DNA of 64,000 nucleotides from the human T2T-CHM13v2.0 reference genome, Homo sapiens, in the NCBI RefSeq assembly GCF_009914755.1, contig NC_060942.1, one strand, 5' to 3'. The position numbers and the translations under genes are program-made. Of the stretch, positions 16,301-34,709 are shown piece by piece. The notes below the pieces were generated by a model. It had not been told where the DNA came from. It did no database searches and was given only the letters and a program-made list of their open reading frames with translations. How positions within the stretch are numbered: the first letter of the stretch is position 1; the number at the start of each line of letters is the position of its first letter.

Positions 16301-17625
16301 TTGAGGATACAAACCCGTGGTTGGGCTCAGCTTTAAAAGATCTTATCTGAGATTCCTTGGGGAGCAGAGTTCCATCAAAGTCACTCCAAAGACCTATGTA
16401 GAAATAATTATTCTTGCTGTACTTTATGCAAATAATCAGGCCAAGTATAAGACTAAAATCTATTTTGGAAACCACTCAGTCCTATCATAATTTGTTTTTT
16501 TTTTTAAACAAACATGAGGACCAAAGAGGGAGAAATCATGTTCCAGAGCTAATCAAACTTATTATACATCTGTCATTAAATTCTAAACTCATTAGCTGTG
16601 TTTAAGTTTTTGCCTACATTTTAGACTGACCCCACTTATTCCTGTGAACCTACCAGCAATCTCTGGTTGCAGCTCAGAAAGAAAAAGAGGGATGGATAAT
16701 GTAAAAATCTGGATCAATATTCTAGTTCTTAGCAATTATCCTGCAAATCCTGCCAGGTGGGAATAAATAGGATCACTTGGAGGTTCCTTTTTGGGAAAGT
16801 AAGACCAAGGGAACTAACCAAAGCCAAGCACCATGCACCCAAATCCTAGCAAACATAACTATAGCTACCAGTTATCTGGGTGTGTCGCAAGACATCCTTT
16901 CCTCTCCCTTGTTGGAGGAGGACTCAGTTCCACAGTTCCACCTTGGCATTTGGCTTATGACAAGGAGCCCATGCAACCCCTGCTGAGATACATTTTTGTC
17001 CCAGACTCAATTCCAAGCTTCAGGTCAAAGCCCTAGGAAAGAAAACTGGATCTGAGGGATCCAGAGACAAATAACAGGAGAGGTTAAAAGGTACAGTGCA
17101 GGCGAGCATGGCTGATTCCTGCCCATTAAGCCAACCCCAAGCTTCCTGTTTCATGGATAAAGGCCACATTAATATCCATAGCATAAATGAGGTCTAGGGA
17201 ACTCCAAGGCTACTGACTTGACAGTAGGGGGGATAGAGGCTTAGGTGAGAGTGGATAATTCCTATTCTCTAGGCCTTCCCTGCTTCATGGGTACAAACCG
17301 TTTTGGCATTCATGGCGGGACTTGCCAAGGTCACTGGGACTCGGGAATGCAAGGATGGAAGAGGGAAAGAGGACGCTTTTCCCTCTCTCCCTCATGTACC
17401 CCAGGTATCTGCTAGGAAGAGAAGGGAATCAGGGATGCCTGCTTCCCTCTTTCTAGATGGGTAGCCATTCATCTTTAGTCTGTACCCCTTTCAAATGCAT
17501 CCTGAACCCTTGGGACTCCTTTAAAAAACACCTTCTTTTTCCTTTCTTCTCTTCGGTTCTCTCTTCGCTGATAGGTAATTGTGTTTCCGTGCTATGGAAC
17601 ACTCCCCTCAGATGCATCCTCCAAG
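13370..17625 (+). mobile_element. ERV1 (MER4-group/MER61-int-like) non-autonomous internal region, no 3' LTR seen
   Basis: PBS TGGTGTGCAACGTGTGGGC at 13374 resembles the tRNA-Lys(CTT) PBS; gag-matrix-like remnants (TPFKCIL..WD, TPLRCIL) near 17457-17625. Confidence 0.72.
13727..14033 (+). mobile_element. Alu (Y/Sc-like) within ERV
   Basis: Alu dimer, small right-arm deletion; TSD cttgtctcc. Confidence 0.93.
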
Positions 17626-17928
17626 GAAGTTGGAAGAAAGGAAATATTTACAACCCAGAGGAGCCAAATGAAAAAACAATTTGTGTGCTAATCAGATTGA
17701 CACAAGGTCTCAAGAAAGACGATTTAATTATGTTCTATTCAAAAGACATCTTTCTTTATATTTTCCTGCAGCTCAAAGCAAAAAGATAAGAACTCTTGCT
17801 AGCTTCATTCCAGAACCATTGTTTACCCATCTAATATATAAGATCTAATATCTGCGTAAATGTCAGAATTTGTAAAACATAATTTAGATAATTGTGGAAA
17901 ATCAAAATGTGGCTTGTGCAGAGGATAG

Positions 17929-18400
17929 TATATTCATTTTCTATTGCTGCGTAGCAAATTACTACAAATTTAGCAGCTTAAAACATCATCCATTTATTAT
18001 TTCACAATTTCTGGAGTGCAGTGGCAGGAGTCCAGGCATAGCTTACCTAGTCCTCTGCTTAGGGACAGAAGGCTGCACCCAGTGTGTTAGCCAGGCTGCA
18101 TCCTCTTCTAGAGGCTTGAGTGGGAAAGAATCTGCTTCTGAGCTCATTCTTGTTCTGGCAGAATTCATTTCCTTGGACTCTATGACTGAAGTCCCAGGGT
18201 TTTTGTGTGCTATCTGCTGGAGGCCACCATCAGATCCTAGAGGTCCCCTGCAGTTCGACTACCCACTGTTCTTTTCTTCTATGACATGGCCACTTAATTC
18301 ATCAAGCCAGCAATAAGAGTCTCTCTAACACCTTTGTCATATTCTGTTGGCTAAAAGCAAGTCACATGTTCTGCCCACATACAAGAGAAGTGCACATTAA
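17929..18400 (-). mobile_element. MLT1-type MaLR LTR
   Basis: ctattgctgcgtagcaaattactacaaatttagcagcttaaaaca end motif. Confidence 0.7.
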
Positions 18401-18585
18401 ATTTAAAGACTGGACCGTCAGGAGTTAGGAAAACCAGGCTTGAATCAGACTTTCTAGCTGTATGTTATTGCGCAAGTAGCTGAACTTCTAACCTCAGTTT
18501 ACCTATGTATGAAATGGGCTAATTGTCATATTTTAATTAGTATGTTTTCAACTGCAGACAAATGACCAATTAAAAGTAATAATGA

Positions 18586-18910
<325 letters not shown>

Positions 18911-19189
18911 TGAGAAATCTATTTTCTTACAAAAAGAAGTCTGGAGATAGGACAGTTTCAGGGACAGTTAATCCAAACCTTCAACGTCTTTAAAAACAAT
19001 TTTACTGTTGTTTTGTTTTGTTTAATTCTGCTCACCTCAAGGTGCTGGATTTTGTTCTCCACTTTGTGCCTTCATAGTTGCAAGATGGGATAGATACAGC
19101 AGTTCTCAACATTATAGTTTCAAGTAAACAACATTCAAAGACAGCAAAAGGGAACAATGGCACAGAAAAAGTACTTTCTCTCTCTCTTT

Positions 19190-20107
19190 TTTTTTTTTTT
19201 TGGCTGAAGAGGTTTAAATTTTTTTTAAAGAGTTTTATGTTTACAGAAGAATTGAGCAAAAAATACAGAGAATTCCCATTCACTTCCTTCTTTCCCCTTA
19301 CAGTTCCCCTATTATTAATATCTTGCATTGGTGTGATACATCCGTTACAGTTGATGAACTAATATTGATACACTATTATTAGTTAAACTCCACAGTTTAC
19401 ATTAGGGTTCATACTTGTTTGTAGAGTTCTGTGGTTTTGACAAATGTATAATGTCATCTATCCGTCATTACTGTAACATACAGAACAGCTTCACTGCCCT
19501 AAAAATTCTTTGTACTCTACAAGTTTACCTCTTTTTCTGTCTTTGCTAGCCCCCGGCAACCACTGATCTTTCTGTCTCCATAGTTTTGACTTTTCCATAA
19601 TAATATAGTATGTGGGTTCAGATTGGCTTCTTCCACTTAGCAATATGCATTTAAGATTCCTCCATATCTTTTCATGGCATCACAGCTCATTTTTAAATTA
19701 CTAAATAATATTTCATTGCATGGTGTACTGTAGTTTGTTTATCCATTCATATATATTAGGGATATTTTGGTTGTTTCTAAATTTTGGCAATTATGAATAA
19801 AGCTGCCATAAATATTTGTGTTAAGGTTTTTGTGTAGGCCTAAGTTGTCAACTCATTTGGGTAAATACCTAGGTGTGTGATTGCTGGGTCATATGGTAAA
19901 ACTATGTTAGCTATATAAGAAACTGCTAAATTGTCCTCCAAAGTAGCTGCACTATTTCGCATTGTCACCAACAGTGAAGAAGAGTTCCTGTGGCTCCACA
20001 TCTTCACCAGCATTTGGTGTTGTCAGTGTTTTGGATTTCAGCCATCCTAATAGGTGTGTAGTGATACCTTATTTTTTTAATTTGCAATTCCCTGATGACA
20101 TATGAGG
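19190..20107 (-). mobile_element. L1M (L1MC-like) 3' fragment
   Basis: Antisense L1 3' end motifs (ttatgaataaagctgc, ccacatcttcaccagcatttgg). Confidence 0.8.
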
Positions 20108-20285
20108 TGGTGGTTGGAGCCTGGGGTTTCTGAAACTATGATTATGGAAAGTGGAGTTATTGGTGATAAGGTAAAGGAAATACCAATGAAAGTGGGTGGC
20201 TGTCATGGGGTGGGGGAAATGTTACTGGGGGAGAGGAGGCTTAAGAATTGAGAGGCAAACAAAGACCAATTAAAAGTAAGAAACA

Positions 20286-20664
<379 letters not shown>

Positions 20665-20679
20665 CTAGTTGGCTTTTAT

Positions 20680-22170
<1,491 letters not shown>

Positions 22171-22181
22171 CACCCCTCCTC

Positions 22182-22183
<2 letters not shown>

Positions 22184-22221
<38 letters not shown>
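22184..22221 (+). repeat. (CA)n microsatellite
   Basis: About 18 CA units. Confidence 0.95.
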
Positions 22222-22224
<3 letters not shown>

Positions 22225-22822
22225 GGGGCATGGCATGGATTCTGAAACAGTGAGGGGAAATTAGCCAGCCCAGGAAAGCAAGGAGAAGTGCTTCCCTTGG
22301 AGCAGCCCAAGCCAAGGTGAGTGGACTGGGCTGGGGCACCTCAGCAGTAGAAAGATACCTGTGGCCAGAGATACAGGAGGGCAGAGGCTACTGCTCCCAT
22401 AGGACAAGGCAGTGTAATCCTTAGGCGATTAGCACAAAGCACATCAAAAGGCTTCAACAAATACCCATTTAAAGGCTGGAGATATGAATGAAAAGAAATT
22501 GCAAGCCTTTGCTATGAAGAGTGGTTCCCTCTCCTTCCCCTGCAACAGAACAAAGCCTTCCTTGCTGTGAGAATTCCAAGTGTGGTCTGGAGAGTCTAAA
22601 CCTGTCTGTTGAAAGAATGGCTCTTAGAGGGTGAAAAGCAGGGATGTTGTCGCCCTCCTCTGGTCACTGAGCAGCTTTGGTGTCCCCCCCTCTGACTGAG
22701 GTGGCCACCACTGCTGTGAGTGCAGAACCCAGGGCTGGAGATGTTTGGCAGCCAAGGTACCGGGGCTGTGAAGGCAGCTGGCCCTCCACTCCCCACTCAC
22801 CCCTCTACAAATTCTTTCTCAG

Positions 22823-23270
<448 letters not shown>

Positions 23271-23458
23271 TCATGTAAACGTGTAATGTTTCCACATCGA
23301 TGTGAAAAAAAATACCTATATTCCAATGTGCTTATAAGTGCATAGAATATGTCTGGAAGGATAATGAAGAAACTAGGTAATGTGAAACTGGGTAATATGA
23401 TTTTTCTGGGGAGAACTAAGGGACTAGGAAGACAAAGGCACACTTTAGTCAACACCCC

Positions 23459-24170
23459 CTTTTTGATTGTGGTAAAATATACATACATAAAATTTACCAT
23501 TTTAACTGTTTTTAAGTGTACAGTTCAGTGGCATTGAGGACTGATATGGTTTGGGTGTGTGTCCCCGCGCAAGTCTTGAGTAATCCCCAATGTTGGAGGT
23601 GGGGTCTGGTGGGAGGTGATTGAATCATGGGGGCAGATTTCTTCTTTAGTGCTGTTCTTGTGATAGTGAGTGAGTTATTATGAGATCTGGTTGTTTAAAA
23701 GTGTGTAGCGCATCCCCCCACACCTGACTCTCTTTTCCTCCTGCCCTAGCCTTGTAAGATGTGCCTGATTCCCCATCGCTTTCTGCCATGATAGGAAGTT
23801 TCCTGAGGCCTTCCCAGTCATGCTTCCTGTAGAGCCTGTGGAACTGTGAGCCAGTTAAACCTCTTTTCTTTATAAATTACCTAGTCAGGTATTTCTTTAT
23901 AGCAGCATGAGAACAAACTAACACAAGCACACTCACATTGCTGTGTAAATATCAACACCACCCATCTCCAGAACTGTTTCATCTTCCCAAAGTGAAACTC
24001 TGTACCTATTAAACAATAACTCCCCATCCACCCTCCCCCCAGTCCTGGAAACCACCATTCTATTTTCCATCTTTATGAATTTGACTACTCTAGGAATCTC
24101 GTTTAAGTGGCATCATACAGTATTTGTCCTTTAGTTTCTGTTTTATTGCTTTTAGCATAATGTCTTCATC
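23459..24170 (-). mobile_element. L1MB-like 3' end interrupted by an MST/THE1 LTR (23542-23925, +)
   Basis: aaatttaccattttaac...cagttcagtggcatt resumes after the tgatatggtttgg...aaactaacaca LTR. Confidence 0.8.
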
Positions 24171-24253
24171 AATACACTTTGATAGATTTTTAAAGCTCTT
24201 GGGGAGCTTTTCTAAAAATATTGATACCCAGATCTTACCTCTAGAAAGTCTGA

Positions 24254-24567
<314 letters not shown>

Positions 24568-25015
24568 AAAAGTCTGATTTTATAGGTCTGTGGGGCAGCT
24601 TGGGCATTGGCTTTTTAGGTGATTCTAAGGTGCAGCCTGGACTGTGAACCACTGCTCACTCCCAAAGCAGGCTGTGCACCAAACTCACCAGGAGCTTTTC
24701 AAAGCTCACCCTTATAGACTCCCTTGTCCCACCTCTGACCTACTCATTCAGAATTTTCAGGAATGTGCAGTTTTAACCACCACTCTGAGGGATTCCTAAG
24801 CAACCAGGCTGGCCTGCACTGCAGAGAAGCCCCTAGGAAGCCGTGTCCTGGATAAAGCTCTGGCTTTCGATGCTAGGAACTGTAAGTGCAGCCTTTTACT
24901 CAGCTGCAGTGATTGATGCACATGGGGCGCTGTCCCCACCAAGTACTGAGGAAACAGAATAAAAAATAATTGCTAATCAAAAGAGAAGAAGTTCCTAATT
25001 TTAAAAATAGTAATA

Positions 25016-25462
<447 letters not shown>

Positions 25463-25764
25463 TTAAGGACCTTACCCTCGACCATATAGGCCTAGTGGGC
25501 TCCATACAGCAGCTGAGGGCTAGGAGAGGCACGTAAGTGCATTGCCAAAAACCCTCACCTATATATTCTCTCCCCATTCCTGCACCCATCAGTCATTCTA
25601 GAAACAGCTGCTGCTCCACGGGCGGCTGCGGGAAGAAGAAAGAGGAGCGTTCCGTTCTTCAGCTCCCCCACCAGTCCCCTCCTGTTCAGTCCCCCCACCG
25701 CCCCGTTCCCACACACACCATTCGGTAACTCCTTAGTTTCTAGTCCCAGCTCTGCCACTGGCCT

Positions 25765-25856
25765 TGTCCCAGTTTGCCCAGGACTGTCCCAGTTTATTAC
25801 TGAAAGTCCTGTGACCCAGGAAAACCCTCAGTCCTGGGCAAACTAGGGTGATGGGT
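25765..25856. mobile_element. hAT-type MITE (MER94/MER81-like)
   Basis: Inverted arms agtttgcccaggactg ... cagtcctgggcaaact. Confidence 0.6.
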
Positions 25857-26427
25857 CCCCTCAGCCTGGAGGTTAAGTGTTCAACTTTGTGAGAGGTGAC
25901 ACAATGATGCATGCAGAGTCGGAGGGGTGGGGTCTTTGAACAGATTCATCTCCCTCAATTTAAGATCAGCAAAATGAAGCCCAGGGAAGAAGAGCACCCT
26001 GCACAAGGTCACAGAGCTGGTGGCAGGGGCACAGTGCCCCAGCCTGGTTCTATCCCCACAGGTGCCAAAATGACTTAGCTGATATTTTCCCAGGGGCAGA
26101 GGGACAGATTAGTTGAGCTTTCAGGCATTTTCTTGCACTACCAGCCCCCGCCCCCAGTTGATGAGGCCCACCATGCGTCAGGGCTGTGACTGTCCCATCC
26201 AGGGGCAGGAATTTGGGCCTCTGCCAATGACTTAGCTTTCTCTTTTACCTCCTCCCTCCTTGCTCACCCCACACCTCACGTTACAGGACAGGAGACTACT
26301 GCAGTAGCTCACGCCCACCAAACCCCCCATCAAAGCCACCCTTATTCTTGGAGGGAGCCAGTAAGCATCGTAAAAAAAATGTGCTTTCTCAGGATCCCTG
26401 CTCAAAATCTCTCCCCAGCTGCCTGGC

Positions 26428-26571
26428 TATTTATTTATTTATTTATTTATTTATTTTGAGGTGGAGTCTCCCTCGGTCACCCAGGCTGGAGTGCAGTGGC
26501 ACGATGTCTGCTCACTGCGACCTCCACATCCCGGGTTCGAAAGATTCTTGTGCCTCAGCCTCTGGAGTAGC
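26428..26571 (-). mobile_element. Truncated Alu
   Basis: (TTTA)n tail and partial right arm. Confidence 0.85.
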
Positions 26572-26599
26572 TTGCCTGGCTTTTCAAACATACACTAGG

Positions 26600-27252
26600 G
26601 CAGCACTGTGTGAAAAGGAATATAATGCAAGCCACAAACATAATTTAAAATTTTCTAGATGCTACATTAAGAAACACTAAAAAGAAACAGATGAAATTAA
26701 CTTTGAATATATTTTATTTAACCTGATATATGTAAAATACTGTCATTTCAAAATATAATCAATATAAAACATGATTAATAAGATATTTTTACATTCTTTT
26801 TTTGATAGTAGGTGTCCAAAATCCAATGTGTATTTCTTTTTTTTTTTTTTTTTTTTAGATGGAGTCTCATTCTTGTTGCCCAGGCCGGAGTATAGTGGCT
26901 TGATCTCAGCTCACTTTTACCTCGGCCTCCCAGGTTCAAGTGATTCTCCTGTCTCAGCCTCCCAAGTAGTTGGGATTACAGGCGTCCGCCACCATGCCCA
27001 GCTAATTTTTTTTTGTCCATATTTTTAGTAGAGATGGGATTTCACCATATTGGCCAGGCTGGTCTCAAACTCCTGACCTCAGGTGATCCACCTGCTTCAG
27101 TCTCCCAAAGTGCTGGGATTACAGGCGTGAGCCACCATACCCAGGCTTCCAGTGTGTTTTTCATATGCTTACAGTGCTTATTAATTTAGACTAGCCATCT
27201 TTAAATTACTCAGCAGTCACCTGTGGCTGGAGACTACCATATTGGACAGCAT
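26600..27252. mobile_element. MER33-like hAT-Charlie element containing an antisense Alu (26837-27146)
   Basis: cagcactgt...aatgcaagccac...aaattttctag; ends ctaccatattggacagca. Confidence 0.75.
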
Positions 27253-27259
27253 ACACTAG

Positions 27260-27661
<402 letters not shown>

Positions 27662-28531
27662 TTCACTGCTCACGTATAATGATCTGACAACTCTGTCTCC
27701 TTGGAGGTCAGGGTGAACAGGGCCCTCAGAAAATAGGATGTGGAATTATTGATTATTGATTACAGCAGAGAAAAGCCAAGGCCAGGCCAAAAAGAGCAGG
27801 TTCATGGAGGGTTGCTGCCACCCCCAACTCTGGGCAAGGGTCCCCCACACTGGGAGCTCTCCGCCTGCTCCGTGGTATAAGGCAGCAGGCTAAGGGGCTG
27901 CAAGGGGTACATGCGGGGCTGAGGTCCCCTGGTGAAAGGAAGTTTCAGAAGGGGGAAGTGAGAAGGGGAGTCGCAGGGTTCTACAGAGAAACAAGGAGTG
28001 CCACATGCATGCGCCATCCCCATGAAGCAGAGGCCTCCTCTGGCTGACGTCCCTGTCAGCCATAATTGCACCTAGAGCACCTGTCTCCCAAGGAACATTC
28101 CACAGCAGCTGAAGAGAGATGTTAGCTCATGCCAGGCCAACCATGCAAGTGGAATCTTTCAGACAGTCCTTCCAAATGGGGGTCCCAGGAAAAGATCAGC
28201 AGTTCTTAATATAGAACGCCTCCTCATGCAGATCAAAAGAATGCAAAGTCCTGGTGAGTCTCCAAGGGACTGAGTTCTTAAGAATGTAATTATGGATTGG
28301 AAGAAGATAAGTCCCTAGAGTCCAAAAGTTAGTTGTCAAATTGTAAGTGCCGAGAGAGAGAGAAGAAAGAAAGGAATCCTAGCTAGATTGGACTATTTGT
28401 CATGGTGGGATGGAAGTGGTTTAACAGCTGCTTTGCTGGATTTTCTAGCACTCCTTGAAATACAGGTTCCTTGATAAGTAGTGTGTATTTGGAAGAGTTT
28501 CTCTTTCTGCAAAAGCATCACTTAAACCCTG

Positions 28532-28535
<4 letters not shown>

Positions 28536-28568
<33 letters not shown>
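28536..28568 (+). repeat. (CA)n microsatellite
   Basis: About 16 CA units. Confidence 0.95.
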
Positions 28569-28570
<2 letters not shown>

Positions 28571-30139
28571 AAAATATGTACTCCCCAAATTTTTGGAATC
28601 AATGGCACCTAACAGTGTTGAATAAATCAGTCAAAGAAATATGCTTAAATTTGGTAATAAATGAGTCTCATGGCAGGAGGGAGATGTACAGCAATCCTAA
28701 TTGACTATGATAATACAACTCATGCTGTTAAATTGTTCTAGAGAGGGCACAACAGCATGAGGTACTTGCAGTTCTTCCGGCAGCCTTCAAACCTGCTGTA
28801 ACAGGCTATGGGCAGATAATACCCCAGCAGCAGAGCACGAAGACTAAGCTGAATAATACATGTCCACCTAACAGAGCTTACCGCAAGTGAAAGGGCTTTA
28901 TTAAAAAGAGCAAGGGATGTGCCTGATAGGCTCTGGGGGTGGCTATATTCACAGTAGGGAAAGAGGGATTACGTTTTGAGATGAGAAATGATTTCCACCC
29001 CCTCACCACACACGCCCTGCAGGAAATCCCATCCTAGCCAAACCCTCCATTGGGAGAAACCAGCTGAGATATCTTGCCCACTGCCTCTTTCTGCAAGACT
29101 CCACATGTCACACAGGCTGGATTTACTTCACCCAGTGGAGCCAGGGCAGGACCAGAAGGGGGAAAGCAGAGGAGTGAACTAGAGACTAGGCAATGGCTTT
29201 GCCTGTCTGTTTGTTGCTTATTTTTAATGATTGTTTAAAGCCCATCCATGAAAAAATACTGACAGTATTTCTTCAGTTAAGAAATCATCATGAACTGCTC
29301 TCTTATCTAAAGAACTTTGAAAGTAGAAGCTCTAAAGCTCAACTTTCTGCCACAGGCTGCCTGCCATTGGCCACACCACAGGCTCCAGCTCCAGAAACAC
29401 ACAGAAGCAGAGAGGGCAAGATTTGAACACCTCTTAGAGATGGATGAACCAACCCCACCAGCTCAGACTCCTCCCCATCCTATAGCCAGTTGGGGGCAGT
29501 CACACAGCCAGTTGGAGACAGTCTTGCGTCAATGCTGGGGAAACCAGAAGTTATAGGTTTTAATTTCTTAGGCAGACCTCATTTGTTCACATCTAAGTCT
29601 CCATCTTATTTAATGAAAAGGCTTGGGAAATCCAAAATGGTTGGCCAGCCCTTACTTTTCTTGGGAAAGGTAAGAGTGAGCTGGTTAATCGTTAAGTCCT
29701 GGTATAATCACAGATCCAGGTAGGGCAAAGGTCTTTTAAGATTAAACAGATTTAACTATGCAAATTCCATTACCTTCATAATAAAACCCTCTCTTTGTTT
29801 ATTGATAGTTAATGGGAGGACACCAGACATAAATACAAATAGTTTAACCACGTAAATAAGCAAACCATGTTTACTATAGGAAATTGTGTTTGTTCCCTTA
29901 AGTCATAAAATTTTTATTTAGGAAATTGAATTTGTTCCTTTAAGTTGTAAAATGAGCTCACTAGCTTTGAATTAATTTAATCCACCACTCTGCACAGTGT
30001 GTAGATCTTACTCGTCAGAAAATCTCACATTCCTGGGCTTCCTCTTCTCAGGCTTGTTGGAAGCTAGTAAATCAACTGTCACTCTAGTAGATTTAAATCC
30101 AAACATATAAAATTTTCATTTTTCCCTAATGGAGTTTAA

Positions 30140-30460
<321 letters not shown>

Positions 30461-30849
30461 TACTTAAACTTGATCTTACTATTAGAGTAACTTAAAGGAA
30501 AAGAGTCAGGTTTTCCACAACTTCTGAATGTTATTCTTTCTATCATACCAAAAAATTTGGATATAACTAAATTGTACAAAATAGATAGGTATTAAACTTG
30601 TAAACTGAATCCTATTTGACATGTAATGGGTACTTAGTATCTGGAACAAACAGCCTTATGTAAAACAATGTATCTACCTAATCTTATTGCATTTATATTT
30701 TTAAGATATTTATGCATAGTGATTACTTGGTGCTTTTATTTTTTATTTATTTTTATTTATACTATTTATTTATGTTATTTTATTGTTTATTATTTATTTA
30801 TTTTATTATTTATTTTAAATTAAAATCTGTGGCACCTGGCCACAAGTAC

Positions 30850-31136
30850 GCTGGGCACAGTGGCTCACGCCTGTAATCCTAGTACTTTGGGAGGCCAAGA
30901 TGGGCGGATCGCTTGAGGTCAGGAGTTCAAGACCAGCCTGGCCAACACCCCGTCTCTACTAAAAATACAAAAATTAGCAGGCGTGGTGGCATGTGCCTGT
31001 AATCCCAGCCACTTGGGAGGCTGAGGAAGGCGAATTGCTTGGACCTCGGAGGCGGAGTTTGCGGTGAGCCGAGATAGCGCCACTGAACTCCAGCCTGGGC
31101 AGCAGAGTGAGACTCTATCTCAAATAAATAAATAAA
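30850..31136 (+). mobile_element. Alu, preceded by AT-rich low-complexity sequence (30735-30820)
   Basis: Alu dimer with (TAAA)n tail. Confidence 0.92.
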
Positions 31137-31229
31137 TTGAGATCTGTGTTAACATCTTATTTCATTCCCTCCATCCTCCACCTTGTATAAATAGGCTCCA
31201 ATCATGAGTGGCTACCATGTAAACAGGAA

Positions 31230-31440
31230 CACTCCATTTGGGAGTAATGGTCCACAGTTTACATGGACTGTCTCATCTGATCATCAGAGTAACTTGTGCT
31301 GTGGGTTTTACCTCCACTTGACAAATGAAGACCCCAAGGCTCTGAGAGGTTATGTGACTTGCTCAAGATAACCAGCTAGTAAATGATAGAGTCAGACTAT
31401 GAAGCCGGGTCTTCTGATACCAAATGTAGTGTCCTTTCAG
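31230..31440 (-). mobile_element. MIR
   Basis: aaggctctgagaggttatgtgacttgctcaagat core. Confidence 0.65.
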
Positions 31441-32234
31441 CCCGCATGATGTCACATTTGAGAATTGAGCTTCTCTCCTCTTCCAGCGGCTGGTTATATC
31501 TGCTGATGCAGTCAGGCAGGCAGGTTGAAAAGCTTTGGATTTCTGATTGCATTTTTGCTGTGGCAGAGGCATGTGCCTCTAGCAGTGTCGCTTAGGAAAT
31601 GACATTTTTAACTCTCTGATCCGCATTTCTGAAAAACATTTCCTTCTTGCGGGAGACATTTGGGCCATTACCTGGTTAACATTTGCAAACTGCTGTAGGA
31701 AATTCATCTGCTTGAAAGGAACATGATTAATAGCATCACCCTTGGAAAAAGAAGGTGGGGTGTTAATTATTAACAAGAGCTTGCTTAAAAGATACAATAC
31801 AGAATTCTTAACAGAGCTGTTGGGAATATTAGGATGGAATGAACAGGGCCTATTGAAACCATCTCTAGAGCATAAAAATGCACTGCTCCCGCTCTGAGCA
31901 ATCACAGCACCCCAAAGGGCCGAGTGGGAAAGAACCACTTGCTATTCTCATTGCTATGATTCTTATCTGTATTAAAATTCCAAAACCTATCAGGTGACAG
32001 ATTCCTACTTGGTCAAAATGCCAGCATTTGCAACTCGAAGAATTCAACCAATCTTTACTGAACACCCATGTCAGGCAAGGCTCAAAGCCACATTCTTGGA
32101 GAACTAATAAAGGATACGGAGGCTACCTCCAGGACTGGTGGATCAGGGTAATGCTCAAATTACCAATGGACCTGTCTGAAGACCTGGGCAGCTTCAAGAA
32201 GAGAAGAAATAATGTCTGGAGAGTTTGTTAGGAA

Positions 32235-32440
32235 TGAGGAACAAAAATAACATTTCCTGAGCACCTTCTATGTACCAAGCACTCTGCCAAGTGCTCAGTG
32301 TGACTTAATTGAATCTTTGCAGCCCAACAATTCTATACATTGGGTTATTGTCTCCATTTCACATATCAGCACACTGAGGCTTGGTGCGCTGACTTGCCCA
32401 CACTTGGCTAAATGGCAGAGCCAGGCTGCATTCTTCCAGC
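32235..32440 (-). mobile_element. MIR
   Basis: tatgtaccaagcactctg...actgaggctt...gacttgccca. Confidence 0.65.
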
Positions 32441-33340
32441 AGCTCTGCTCTACCTCTGAAGAAGAGGGCATTTGGAGTCAGTCCAGGGAATGGCTGATAG
32501 AACCAAGGAACTGGAAAGTATTCCAGACAGTAGGAATCGAGGAAGCATCATGGGAAATTCTAGGTTGGTGTTTATTATAAGGAATCTTAGAAGTCTGGCT
32601 TGGGAGCCTTAACTCCCAAGTGCTTAACTTGGTAAATAATAGGTGCCTTTGCATATCAAATCATCCCTCCTCAGTAAATTAGGATGTGTTGGCTTTATCT
32701 AGAACCCAGGGTTTTCCTGAAACCATTTAACATGTAAATAAAGGAACAAAATATTTACTCTACTGTGGTCAGACAAAATTAATGTAAGTTCAGTAACATA
32801 AATAAAATGATAATCAATCATAAGTCATTTTATTTGTTATCAAGTTATATTATCAACAGGTTATTGTCATCAACAGATTAAAACAAAATGTCTCAAAAAG
32901 ACAAAGGCAAACACATACTATTGAGAGTAAACAATGACCGTCCCAGGCTTTCCAAAGCATATATATCACTTACACTCATGGACTTTTTTTTCATTTTAAA
33001 AGGGCATTTTGCATGTGTTTTATAACTATGAAAGTAATACATGCTCATTGCAGCAAACTTAGAAAATGCAGAAATGCACAAATATCTGTCTTCTGTACAA
33101 CACTAACTGCTAGCTACCCTACACAGCTGTTGTTTCTCGCTTTCAAAACATTCTAGTGCTTTTTTATAACGTGTGAAGCGTTCCCCCAATTAAGTGGTCT
33201 ATTAACTGGAAGTTCACAGGCTTCTGCTCTCATTCAGTAGCAGAATTGGTCACACCTGTTAGATTCTCAGCCTCCTCCTTTGTCATTTTCTCTCCTCTCT
33301 CTCCACCACTTCCCTCTCCCCTTTAAGAAAGACCTATCTC

Positions 33341-33648
<308 letters not shown>

Positions 33649-34709
33649 CTATCTCATGAGCACCAGAGACACAGGGACCAAGCAAAGCTCTACCCTGGGC
33701 ACTTAGCATGAGGGTTGGGGCACTTGAACATTCCTTTTTTCTTTCTTTCATTCAACTGCTCAATAAGGTTCAAAATTAATGTTCAAAATTAAGAAATGTC
33801 AAAACATTACCTTTGGGTTGGCATTCAGATAAACGTGGGGAAGGGGAAACTTGAAATGCACAAGCATAAAAGTAACCTGTACATTGGTTATAAGGAATGA
33901 AATTGGTGACCCTCATTTGTCAAAATGGGCTCCTCCCAGTAAGGAATGACAGCTTCAGATGACTTTCTGACATTTTTCCCCCTAATCAACATTCATTTAC
34001 AGAGTACTTTTGCAGTCACCGGGGAGATACAATGATGTACAAGATACAGCCCTGCCTTCTGTAGTTTCAATCTAACAGGATAAAAAAAAAAAACATAAAG
34101 CCATATACAAAAAAAAACTTTTCAGATAAGATATAAGTGGTATAATATTGCTAGAATGTTCTGGGAATTCAGAGACTTGAGCTCTCCCCTGATTGGGGGG
34201 ATCAGGACTTTGACCTAGGCATTGGAGTACAGATAAGAGATACACGTGAAATGTGTGTGTGTGTGTGTGCATGTGATTCCAGGTGGGTGTGTACAGGTGA
34301 GCAGGGAGGGGACTCAACACAGAAATAGCAGACTGAGCAAAGGTGAGGGGGTATAGGAGAACAAGACATGTTGAGAGAAGAGAAAGGACCCAAACTTGTC
34401 TGAAGCAAAGAGAGTAACAGAAGAAAACGAAGGTTGAAAGCCTGAAATGGCAGACTGGACATTGGACTTTATTCCCTCTACAATTTGGAATCATTTAGTC
34501 ATTCAGCAAATGTTCCTTAATCACATGGCCAGGCTCTGTGGTAGGTATGGTGAGAAACAGAAACAAACAAACAAAAAAACATAGTCCCTTGCTCTTGCCA
34601 CCAAATTTCATGATAACATAAATTTCTGGAAATAGAATTTAAACTCAAAGAGGACTTATGAAGAGCAAAACAAAATTAGCCAAGACAACAGTTAATAATA
34701 AGGAATCTT

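Noticed and set aside
17457-17789. 110-aa gag-like ORF as a domesticated gene
   Set aside because: Only short matrix-like remnants, and the ORF runs out of the ERV into unrelated sequence; no support for function.
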